Assembly (NCBI GenBank): GCA_964424525.1
Contig: CAYRJG010000001.1
Location: 1-45,435, forward strand
Length of the DNA stretch: 45,435 nt
From: an uncultured Ruminococcus sp.
GTDB taxonomy: Bacteria; Bacillota; Clostridia; Oscillospirales; CAG-272
Reading direction: 5' to 3'
Positions 32,748-41,184 of the stretch are shown here, piece by piece. The notes below the pieces were generated by a model, which saw only the letters and a program-made list of their open reading frames with translations, was not told the origin of the DNA and made no database searches. The position numbers and the translations under genes were made by a program. How positions within the stretch are numbered: position 1 is the first letter of the stretch; every line of letters starts with the position of its first letter.

Positions 32748-35081
32748 TTAATTATAGATTGCTACACCGTTAACAGCGGAAACTATAGCAGCCGCAACGT
32801 CGGTTACCGAAACGATAGCATCATTTGCAGCCTTAACATCAGCCGTGAATCTTTCCATCTCAACCTCAAATGCAGCCTTTGCTTCAGCTACACCCGCGTA
32901 AGTATCCTCGGCATTCTCATTAGCATTATATGCAAGACGAAGAAGCTCACGACGCTTTTCAATAGAATCAAGCGATTCGATTTCTGCAACAAGTGAAATA
33001 AGAGTAGTACTGCTAAACTCGCGGAAGTTTACATCAGCTTCAGCAGCGGAAAGAGCAACATTTGCTTCTTTAACACCGGGATAACCAAGAACGTTACCTG
33101 CATCCTTTAACTCAATTGCAAGAGCAACAGCTTCCTTTTTAGCATAGAAATCATCCTCAGCATCAGCAATAGCATCAACTGCTGCTATGTAAGCATTAGC
33201 GTCTGCTTCAATTGCTGCACGAGTAAGACGAAGCTCATTATAAATTTCAACAGATTCGGTTATGTTCTCATAATCAATTGCAATATCTTTAAAAGCTGCA
33301 ACAGCAAGATCAAGCTTTTCAACAAACACGGTATAGTAAGAAGCGATCTGAGCCTGCTCTACAAGAGAGATAAAGAGTTCGCACTCAGCCTTCTTGGAAA
33401 GGATAGAGGGTTCGGTTCTCTTGTAGTAAGCGATTCTGTTCTTAAGTTCAGCATGAGAATCATTATCAACAGCGGGATGGATAACTCCGTTATTGTAAAC
33501 CTCAAATGCATGAACGTAAGCGGTATAACGCGCACCAAAAGATGCAGAAAGCTCGATAGAATCAACGTGAGTCAAAAACGCGTTGATATTAGCATTGATT
33601 TCATTAAACTTAGCAACGAATGCCTCTGCCTCTTTAACCAATTCGGGAACGCCCTCGTATGTGGGATCGAACTCCGAATAGAAGCGAGTCTGATAAGGAT
33701 ACTTTACGGTATCAAAACCTGCAAAAGCAGTATTATCTTCGGTATATTCATCATTAAGTTCTGCAACCCATACCTGCATCTGAACGTAATTTTTGTTATC
33801 AGCATCATAAACATTGGTCATGAAATCAATGTAGTTTTCAGAATGCTCCTTAACAATAGCTACGCTGGCCTTTTCAGCCGTAAGTGCATTTCTACATTCA
33901 ATGATATCTTCGATAAGTTCAGGAGTAAGACCGGGAGTTGTTGCAAGATCAGCATTCTGAGGAAGCTTTAACTCATACTTTTCAATCTTTTCAATCCATG
34001 CAGCTCTGCCTGCATAGTTGAGAGTATCATCTATTGCACCTGCACGAGCAATAAACTCTGCAGCAAGAGTTTCATACATCTTGGAAATAGAATCAACAGT
34101 ATTCTCATAGCTGATATCTACAGAATAGGTACTGTAAAGCTCGAAAAGAGTATCGGCAATTCTGAGCTTTGTAGCATAATCGGTAGTTTCTGCCGCATAG
34201 AACTCAACAAGATCCTCTACGTGGATTTTGGTGTTTTCCGACTTGTAAGAAGGTGAACGAGTGGTAGTACCCTCATAAATCTCTATGTTATCAAAAGAGA
34301 AGCTTGCTGCGGAGTTTGCGGTATGAGCAACAGAAAGGTTAAATCCTGCCATACCTGTAGCACCCTTAATCTCAACATTTCCTGTATTTACAAGAACTTC
34401 AGCTTCGCTTTCATCATCGGGAACATTCTTAATAATAAGGTTATAGTAATCAGCTTCAGCGTTAAAGGTAATAAGAATATCGTACCATACACCGGTAACC
34501 GCAGTAAAGTCCGCGTATGTATACTTATCGGCTTCCATTATCTGAGTTTCATCATCCCAACCGGAATAAGTAAGAGCACCGGTTTTCATATCGATTTTAA
34601 CGATATCGAAATAACGAGAAGAAGGATCAATCTCGGACTGAAGACCGGCATTAAGCTTAAAGTTAAGTCCATTGGTTGCAGACTCATCAAAATATACTCT
34701 TGCTGAAACAATGAGCTTATCGGTGAGAAGCTCACCGGGAGCAGATTCAAGCTTATAACCAACCGCAGTACGGTTTCTGGGAAGCGACGATGTCAAAACC
34801 ATATTGTCTGGATTCAACGGGTCAGCCGCAATCCCATAAGTAGGAACGTATCTTGATGCCTTGGTGATATTCAAGATATCCTCATTCCATGTTCCGTCCT
34901 CGTAGTTATCCGCAAGATAATCATCAAGAGCGTAATACTCAAGGATCTGTTCGGCCATAGTGATGGATCCAAGTCTGTAATCGTATTCACGATCCTCCTC
35001 CGCTACGGAAGAAAGAGCGAACATAGATGTCAGAAGAGCAATCGCAAGTACAGCCACAAGAATTCTCTTTGCAAATTTCAT
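32748..35081 (-). CDS. Large secreted protein: signal peptide, beta-rich (LamG/concanavalin-like?) domain, then a helical Ala/Glu-rich region of about 500 aa
   Basis: MKFAKRILVAVLAIALLTSMFALSSVAEE is a classical signal peptide. AAGGAGAG SD. I see no LPXTG, lipobox, SLH or choline-binding repeats. Confidence 0.85.
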   Translation of the reverse strand: MKFAKRILVAVLAIALLTSMFALSSVAEEDREYDYRLGSITMAEQILEYYALDDYLADNYEDGTWNEDILNITKASRYVPTYGIAADPLNPDNMVLTSSLPRNRTAVGYKLESAPGELLTDKLIVSARVYFDESATNGLNFKLNAGLQSEIDPSSRYFDIVKIDMKTGALTYSGWDDETQIMEADKYTYADFTAVTGVWYDILITFNAEADYYNLIIKNVPDDESEAEVLVNTGNVEIKGATGMAGFNLSVAHTANSAASFSFDNIEIYEGTTTRSPSYKSENTKIHVEDLVEFYAAETTDYATKLRIADTLFELYSTYSVDISYENTVDSISKMYETLAAEFIARAGAIDDTLNYAGRAAWIEKIEKYELKLPQNADLATTPGLTPELIEDIIECRNALTAEKASVAIVKEHSENYIDFMTNVYDADNKNYVQMQVWVAELNDEYTEDNTAFAGFDTVKYPYQTRFYSEFDPTYEGVPELVKEAEAFVAKFNEINANINAFLTHVDSIELSASFGARYTAYVHAFEVYNNGVIHPAVDNDSHAELKNRIAYYKRTEPSILSKKAECELFISLVEQAQIASYYTVFVEKLDLAVAAFKDIAIDYENITESVEIYNELRLTRAAIEADANAYIAAVDAIADAEDDFYAKKEAVALAIELKDAGNVLGYPGVKEANVALSAAEADVNFREFSSTTLISLVAEIESLDSIEKRRELLRLAYNANENAEDTYAGVAEAKAAFEVEMERFTADVKAANDAIVSVTDVAAAIVSAVNGVAIYN

Positions 35082-35136
35082 GTTTCTCTCCTTACTGACG
35101 CATTTCGCGCAGGTAATATAATTTTACTTATAAGTA

Positions 35137-35165
35137 ATTATAACATTAACTCGCAAAAAAATCAA
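35137..35165 (-). promoter_or_regulatory. Promoter candidate for the secreted-protein gene
   Basis: On the minus strand: TTGATT, 17-nt spacer, TATAAT. Confidence 0.55.
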
Positions 35166-35356
35166 CTCGGCAATATAGCAAATTTTCGCCTTGTTTTTTG
35201 TATCATTTGTACAATTACAATAAATTCCTATATATTTAACAACAGAATTTCAATTGAATTTTGTTCATAAAAACAACTTTGGTTTTACATTTTTAAAATC
35301 CGAAATCGCCTATCCCGAATTTTCCAAAAAAACTTTGTTATTTGCACAATTTTCGG

Positions 35357-35385
35357 TTGATTTTTCCGATACAATATGGTAGAAT
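35357..35385 (+). promoter_or_regulatory. Promoter candidate for the Hhe-like gene
   Basis: TTGATT (35357-35362), 17-nt spacer, TGgTAGAAT (hexamer 35380-35385). Confidence 0.55.
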
Positions 35386-35442
35386 GATATTTGCAAATAA
35401 TTTTCGGGAGCAATTTGTTGCACGGTGGAAAGGAGGAACGGT

Positions 35443-38400
35443 ATGTCAAGGAACATTTACACCTATTACAAAGAACGCCTTACCCAAATAGGCGGAGATA
35501 GCAAAAGTCTTTATCTTTCGTCTATCGTTCATTCCTCATCCTGTGACATTGGAAAAATACTCTCCGGACGCGATGAAAAAATTGCAGAATTTATCGCATT
35601 TTTAGGTTCTGACCGTCACTCCGAATTCACGCTCATTTCAAAAAAGGACAAAAAAAGTCTTTTGGACCTTCTCAACGCAACAGAAAGTAGCACCGAATCG
35701 CTTCCGTCTTTAGCAAATCCGGAAAAAGCGCAGCGCGTTGCAAAAATGAATGCACGCAAGCAGCGCGAGGAGCTGAAAAAGGAGCTTAACGAAGAGCTTT
35801 CTTCGATAAAAGCCATCCGAGCTCATTGCGAAGATATAGAAAAAGACACCGGAAAGAATGAGCTTTACGTAGGTTATCCTTTTGTTTTCGGCACGCTTTC
35901 TCATGGCGCGGTTAACACGCCTGTCAAAGCACCGCTTCTTCTCTTCCCTGTCAGGATTGATATAAAAGATGATGAAACCGTTATACTAAAGCATGATTTA
36001 AACGAAAAAATCCTTATTAATCCGTCTTTTATTTCCGCTTACTCCTATGCAAGAAAAATCAACACAGATGCCATTCAGCTTGATTTTGATTCACTTGACG
36101 GGTTCGGCAAACTCGAAAACCTCGCAAAATATATTTGCAAAAACAATATTTCCATAGAGTACTCCGATTCCAGAAACATGTTTGGATATTCAAGATTCAA
36201 GGAGCCTGCCGGTAAGAACAATTTCTCGATAAGATATGCTGCGGTATTATCTCGTTTTTCGCTTTCTCAACCTATATATAACGATTATACCGTTCTGGAA
36301 AAGATAAACGACGCAAACGAAGCAATAGACATTCTTTCGGAGGAATCCACTTCTTATTCTACAATATTTTCCAAGGCTTTTGAGCTTTTCGGAAAATTTG
36401 GAAAGCAGGAAAAGCCTGACGAGGCTACATATACTCTGAAAAATCTTGATTACCGTCAATTTGAAGCGGTTCGCAAGGTCGGAGACGGAAAATGCTATGT
36501 CATAAACACTCCGCCGTTTACGGGGTGTGCAAATGTTGCTGCCGATATGATAGTCGACGCCATTTGTAAGAAGAAACGAGTTTTACTTGTTTCTGACAAA
36601 AAGATGGCACTCGATTCAATCTTCAATACGCTTGGAGATCTAAAGAACAGGTGCGTTTATATCAACGACGAGAGCACCGAGCGCGAAGGCTTTTACGAAA
36701 ATTTGCGTTCAGCTCACGAAAACAGTCTGGCATCACCTCTTGCGGATGCAGATTCGCTTTTGCAATCTCATAAAGGCATAATCGATGAAATAAAAGCCGA
36801 AGAAGCGCATATTATTGCTTTCTTTGATAAGATGTCCGAAAAGCGTCCGTTTGGACTTTCGCTTACGGAGATGTATGATTCATCTTCTGCACTGTCTGCA
36901 AGATCATCGGATATCGATATATATACATCGCTTATTACAAGCCCCGACTTAATGGCACTCGACTACACGGCATTAAAAATTGCCGTTAACGGAATAAAAG
37001 ATGCAGATCTTGCCAAGGCTTATTACGAGTTCATCACGGAAAAGACAGAGAATCCCATATACGGATATATTCATCCCAACCTCGATGGACGTGTGATAAA
37101 AGAGATTCAAGCACTTGTCTCTGCCATAGCGGAAGAAAACAAGCCTGCATTCAATAGCACGAAATATCCGTACTACCGTCAAATCATGGCATACTACGCC
37201 GAGATCAACGATATGGCGGTTCTTGATTCTGCCGTAAAGCACGAAAGCCGCATCAAGCACCCGAAAAAGCTTTTCACATCACGAATCAGAGGTGAGATCA
37301 AAGAGGAATTTCTTGACACGCTTACCGCCATTCGTGAATATGCGCGAGATTATGAGCCCCTAAAACGCATTTTAACCGAAGCCGGATATACCGATGCACT
37401 GTGCAATATTCTTTCCGGAAATTCCGATTATATTGAGAGAATGCGCTCGGCTCTTGCCAAGTACGAAAAAATGCAAATTTGGGAAAAGCTTTTTGCATCA
37501 ACCGACAAGAGAATTATTTCTATTCTTGATTTTGCATACAACAATTCAAAGGATAAGCACCATTTTCTTGATATAATCGAAAAAATTATCCCTCTCAGAA
37601 TATACCACGAGCTTTCGAAATACGAAATAACGGAAAAGGAATTCTTTAAAGCTGCACCGAATCTTTCCGAATCAAGAGAAAAAATAAGCCGTCTTTATGA
37701 ACGCGCAAAAGATTTTACAAACAGCTTGACCGATATTTCTCGCGTAAACGAATACGTTTCCGCTTATATGCAAAACAAAGATAGGGACAAATATCTTGCC
37801 GATATATCCTGCGAAAAAGCTACACTATCAATAAAAAGACTTGTTGACTTTCATGAAAAGCTGATCTTTTCATTATTCCCCTGCTGGCTTCTCACACCGG
37901 AGAATGTTTCAAGTTTGCTACCTCTCAAAAAAAATCTTTTTGATGTCGTAATATTTGATGGAGCATCCCAGATGTTCATAGAAGAAGCGATTCCGGCAAT
38001 ATACCGTGGAAAAAGCATCGCTGTAATGGGAGATGGAAAGCAGATTCATCCGTCAGCCGCTTTTATGAGAAGAATGCTCGGAAACGATGACATTTTTGAA
38101 TCCGGCGAAAAACAGACTGCCCTCGAAGCAAAAAGCCTTTATGATATTGCTCAAAAAAAGCTTCCGATAACAAAATTATCCTATCACTACGGAACCGAAA
38201 AGGACGAATTTATAAACTTTTCAAACCGCGCCTTCTATTCTTCCGAGCTAATAGTTGCTCCAAAGCTACGAAAAAAGCAAAAGCAACGCCCGATAGAGCT
38301 TCATACCGTTGAAGGTAACGTCTTGGAAGGCCGATGCTCCAAGGAAGCAGAAAAAACGGTAGAACTCATCGTTGAGCTTTCGAAGAAAAAAAGAAATACG

Positions 38401-39225
38401 GGAAGCTTGGGCGTTATTACATTTACAAGTGAGCAACGCGATTGCATTATCGAAATGCTTAACGAAAAAATGGCTTGTTCGGAAGAATTGACAAAATTCA
38501 TCGAAAAAGAGAAAGCGCGCACCGAGAAAGGAAAAGATCTCTCATTTTTCGTTAAAACCATAGAAAACGTACAAGGCGAAAGGCGCGACACAATCATTCT
38601 TTCTCCTACTATTTCTCAAAATAACGCAACACGCCCCTCGCCTAACTCGCAAAATACAAGCTTTGATCTTCAAACGTCAATCAATGTTGCCATAACACGC
38701 GCAAAGCAAAAATTCATTCTCGTAAGCGGCGTTTTACCCGAAGATATTGATGACAAAGCTCACGGGATCGAAATCTATAAAAGATTCCTTGAATATATCA
38801 AGGCTTCGGCTGTGGGAACCAAGAGCGAGGTGACTTCAATTCTCTCGGATCTTAGCAATATGACCGATGCAAAAGAAGAGAGAATCTGTTCGCATCCTAC
38901 CACGAAAGAAGGAATAACAGAAAAGCTTGAACGGATGGGTTACACTGTAAAGTCGTATCCGGGAGGCAAGATGAGCAGAATATCTCTCGCGATATACGAC
39001 GAAAAAAAGGATAAATATCTTGCAGGCGTTATTCTTGATGAAGATGCGTTTAAATTTTCGGAGTCGGTTACCGAGCGCGAAATCTACTATCCTCAATATC
39101 TTGAGCTGATGGGATGGACGATACTTCGCGTTACCTCGCGAGAATGGTGGACGGAGCCAAAGAAGGTTTTGACATCTATAATCGAAGCAGCCGAATATAA
39201 CCGTTCAGATATAAAAAATACATAA
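35443..39225 (+). CDS. DUF4011-like / SF1 (UPF1-like) helicase-like / Vsr-DUF559-like protein (Hhe-like architecture) with degenerate catalytic motifs
   Basis: AAGGAGG lies 6 nt before ATG 35443 (the track starts at 35425). DUF4011-like ELYVGYPFVFG...KAPLLLFPVRI. Helicase boxes are recognisable but altered (NTPPFTGCANV, VIFDGASQ, GDGKQIHPS, HYGT, NVQGERRD, INVAITRAK). The C-terminus LAGVILDEDAF...GWTILRVTSREWW resembles Vsr/DUF559. Confidence 0.85.
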   Translation: MSRNIYTYYKERLTQIGGDSKSLYLSSIVHSSSCDIGKILSGRDEKIAEFIAFLGSDRHSEFTLISKKDKKSLLDLLNATESSTESLPSLANPEKAQRVAKMNARKQREELKKELNEELSSIKAIRAHCEDIEKDTGKNELYVGYPFVFGTLSHGAVNTPVKAPLLLFPVRIDIKDDETVILKHDLNEKILINPSFISAYSYARKINTDAIQLDFDSLDGFGKLENLAKYICKNNISIEYSDSRNMFGYSRFKEPAGKNNFSIRYAAVLSRFSLSQPIYNDYTVLEKINDANEAIDILSEESTSYSTIFSKAFELFGKFGKQEKPDEATYTLKNLDYRQFEAVRKVGDGKCYVINTPPFTGCANVAADMIVDAICKKKRVLLVSDKKMALDSIFNTLGDLKNRCVYINDESTEREGFYENLRSAHENSLASPLADADSLLQSHKGIIDEIKAEEAHIIAFFDKMSEKRPFGLSLTEMYDSSSALSARSSDIDIYTSLITSPDLMALDYTALKIAVNGIKDADLAKAYYEFITEKTENPIYGYIHPNLDGRVIKEIQALVSAIAEENKPAFNSTKYPYYRQIMAYYAEINDMAVLDSAVKHESRIKHPKKLFTSRIRGEIKEEFLDTLTAIREYARDYEPLKRILTEAGYTDALCNILSGNSDYIERMRSALAKYEKMQIWEKLFASTDKRIISILDFAYNNSKDKHHFLDIIEKIIPLRIYHELSKYEITEKEFFKAAPNLSESREKISRLYERAKDFTNSLTDISRVNEYVSAYMQNKDRDKYLADISCEKATLSIKRLVDFHEKLIFSLFPCWLLTPENVSSLLPLKKNLFDVVIFDGASQMFIEEAIPAIYRGKSIAVMGDGKQIHPSAAFMRRMLGNDDIFESGEKQTALEAKSLYDIAQKKLPITKLSYHYGTEKDEFINFSNRAFYSSELIVAPKLRKKQKQRPIELHTVEGNVLEGRCSKEAEKTVELIVELSKKKRNTGSLGVITFTSEQRDCIIEMLNEKMACSEELTKFIEKEKARTEKGKDLSFFVKTIENVQGERRDTIILSPTISQNNATRPSPNSQNTSFDLQTSINVAITRAKQKFILVSGVLPEDIDDKAHGIEIYKRFLEYIKASAVGTKSEVTSILSDLSNMTDAKEERICSHPTTKEGITEKLERMGYTVKSYPGGKMSRISLAIYDEKKDKYLAGVILDEDAFKFSESVTEREIYYPQYLELMGWTILRVTSREWWTEPKKVLTSIIEAAEYNRSDIKNT

Positions 39226-39269
39226 ATTATTGCTAATTTGTTATTTTTTTCAAAAAATCCCAAATGGGC

Positions 39270-39298
39270 TTGCAAATTTTAAAAAGATAATGTATAAT
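39270..39298 (+). promoter_or_regulatory. Promoter candidate for yajC
   Basis: TTGCAA (39270-39275), 17-nt spacer, TATAAT (39293-39298). Confidence 0.55.
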
Positions 39299-39332
39299 AT
39301 TTAAAGTTATTAAAAATTGAAAGGTTGATATT

Positions 39333-39737
39333 ATGGATAGTTTTATGCCCTTAATTATGGTGGTAGTACTTTTTGTTGTACTCTACTTCTTTATGATCCG
39401 TCCCCAGAAGAAGCAGGAGAAGAAGGATGCAGAAATGCGCAATTCTCTTCAGGTTGGTGACGAGGTTACTACTATTGGCGGTATCATTGGTAAGGTTGTT
39501 TCCGTAAAAGGAGAAACCTTCGTACTCGAAACCACAAAAGATAAGACAAAAATACGTTTCCTCAAAGGTGCTATCAGAACAGTTGACGTTAAGGCGGCAG
39601 ATCTTGCCGCTGCTGTAATGGAAGCTAACGACGCAGAAGAGACTCCCGTAGCAGAAGAGGCTCCTGCTGAAGCTCCCCAGAAAACCACCACAGAAAAGAA
39701 AAAGATGTTTTCTTTTGGGAAAAAGAAAGCCGATTAA
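39333..39737 (+). CDS. yajC: Preprotein translocase subunit YajC with an extended acidic/Lys-rich tail
   Basis: A single TM helix followed by MIRPQKKQEKK...LQVGDEVTTIGGIIGKVVSV, the YajC signature. Confidence 0.92.
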   Translation: MDSFMPLIMVVVLFVVLYFFMIRPQKKQEKKDAEMRNSLQVGDEVTTIGGIIGKVVSVKGETFVLETTKDKTKIRFLKGAIRTVDVKAADLAAAVMEANDAEETPVAEEAPAEAPQKTTTEKKKMFSFGKKKAD

Positions 39738-39752
39738 GAAAATTTATAAAAA

Positions 39753-39787
39753 AGAGTCCGCTTGAAAGATAGCGGATTCTTTTTTTG
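39753..39787 (+). terminator. Rho-independent terminator after yajC
   Basis: AGAGTCCGCT-8 nt-AGCGGATTCT followed by TTTTTTT. Confidence 0.8.
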
Positions 39788-39856
39788 TTTTTGCGAATAA
39801 AAGTGCTACCTTAAGAATATGTTATACAAAACATATTCAAAAAATCGGAGGCAAGC

Positions 39857-40264
39857 ATGAGCAAATCAAAAAAACGAAGCATAAAGAAAACAACCGCAAG
39901 CGCACTGCTATTTGGTATTATTCTTGCAACCTGCACATTTCTTGTGTGTGCATTTATTGGTGCTATTATAGCAAATATGCTTGATGACCCATCCTCGAAC
40001 ATAGGTGCTATTTCATTTTTTGTTCTGATTATATCGGGGGCAATTACGGGATTTTCCACCTCACGATACAAGGGAGAGGGCGGATTGTTGCCCAGTGCTC
40101 TTGCCGCCCTTCTCTTTGCACTCGTGTGTCTGTTTTTGGGAATCATAATGACAGGCGGAAAACTTCCTGTTGTCACCGCGGTCAATCTTTTGCTTTACGT
40201 CGCAACCTCAATTTTCTTTTCTCTTCTGGCTAAAAAGCATAAAACAAAGCGCCCAAAGCATTAA
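39857..40264 (+). CDS. Small polytopic membrane protein (YrzE/TIGR04086-like)
   Basis: CGGAGG SD, a basic N-terminus, and four hydrophobic helices. The family call rests on resemblance only. Confidence 0.75.
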   Translation: MSKSKKRSIKKTTASALLFGIILATCTFLVCAFIGAIIANMLDDPSSNIGAISFFVLIISGAITGFSTSRYKGEGGLLPSALAALLFALVCLFLGIIMTGGKLPVVTAVNLLLYVATSIFFSLLAKKHKTKRPKH

Positions 40265-40271
40265 ATAAAAA

Positions 40272-40300
40272 AGGAAAACTCTGAAAACCAGAATTTTCCT
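40272..40300. terminator. Hairpin between convergent genes (bidirectional terminator candidate)
   Basis: AGGAAAACTC-9 nt-GAATTTTCCT (one mismatch), flanked by an A-run and T-rich sequence. Confidence 0.55.
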
Positions 40301-40318
40301 CTTGCTTTATTAATATCA

Positions 40319-41170
40319 TTACTTTATATCGGTAGCACATTTTCCTATACGGTTGATATAATACGGAAGAGCCGTTTCAAAATTAACTCCGTAAAATCTG
40401 CGATTGGGATCAAGCGCAGTCATTTTCATTGTTTCAAGCGTATAATCAACAGCTATTGTAAGAGCATCCTCTACGGAGATACCGCGCATTATTGCACCAA
40501 GAACACTCGAAGCATAAATATCACCCGTTCCGTGATATGCGGTTGGAAGCTTTTCATTAAAATACTTGAAATAACTATCCTTTATGCTATCGTAATAATA
40601 AACGCCTATTTCGCTGTCCGAAAAGCTAATACCGGTAAGCGCAACACGAGGACAACCGAGCTTGGTAAGTGATTTAAGAAGTTCTCTTATGTACTGTTCA
40701 TCGTAATCGGGATTATACGGAATACCAAGCATAAACGCAGCCTCGGTCACATTAGGAACAACAAGGTCAGCTTTAGCAGCAAGCTTTGCCATAGCTTTAG
40801 CAAACTCCTCGGTAAATCCCGCATAAAGCTTTCCGTGATCTGCCATAACAGGATCGATAAGTACAAATGTATCTTCACGTTTGAAATCGGATATGAATTT
40901 ATCTACAAGCGAAAGCTGCAAAAAAGAACCAAGGTATCCTGTATATATGGCATCAAAGCCTATATCAAGTTCGCGGAAGGTATCTTGTATGGGAGTTATC
41001 TCGTCGGTAAGGTCGCGAAACGTAAATTTCGGAAACGCTGTATGAGTTGACAAAACCGCTGTAGGTAACACTGCCGTTTCAACTCCTGCGGCAGAGATAA
41101 TCGGAAGTGCTACGGTGAGAGAGCACTTTCCAACGCAGGAAATATCCTGGATCGTTATAATTCTTTTCAT
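40319..41170 (-). CDS. pdxK: Pyridoxal/pyridoxamine kinase (ribokinase-like fold)
   Basis: ITIQDISCVGKCSLTVALPIISA, DAIYTGYLGS, DPVMADHGKLY, GTGDIYAS. Confidence 0.88.
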   Translation of the reverse strand: MKRIITIQDISCVGKCSLTVALPIISAAGVETAVLPTAVLSTHTAFPKFTFRDLTDEITPIQDTFRELDIGFDAIYTGYLGSFLQLSLVDKFISDFKREDTFVLIDPVMADHGKLYAGFTEEFAKAMAKLAAKADLVVPNVTEAAFMLGIPYNPDYDEQYIRELLKSLTKLGCPRVALTGISFSDSEIGVYYYDSIKDSYFKYFNEKLPTAYHGTGDIYASSVLGAIMRGISVEDALTIAVDYTLETMKMTALDPNRRFYGVNFETALPYYINRIGKCATDIK

Positions 41171-41184
41171 TTTTATATACTCCT

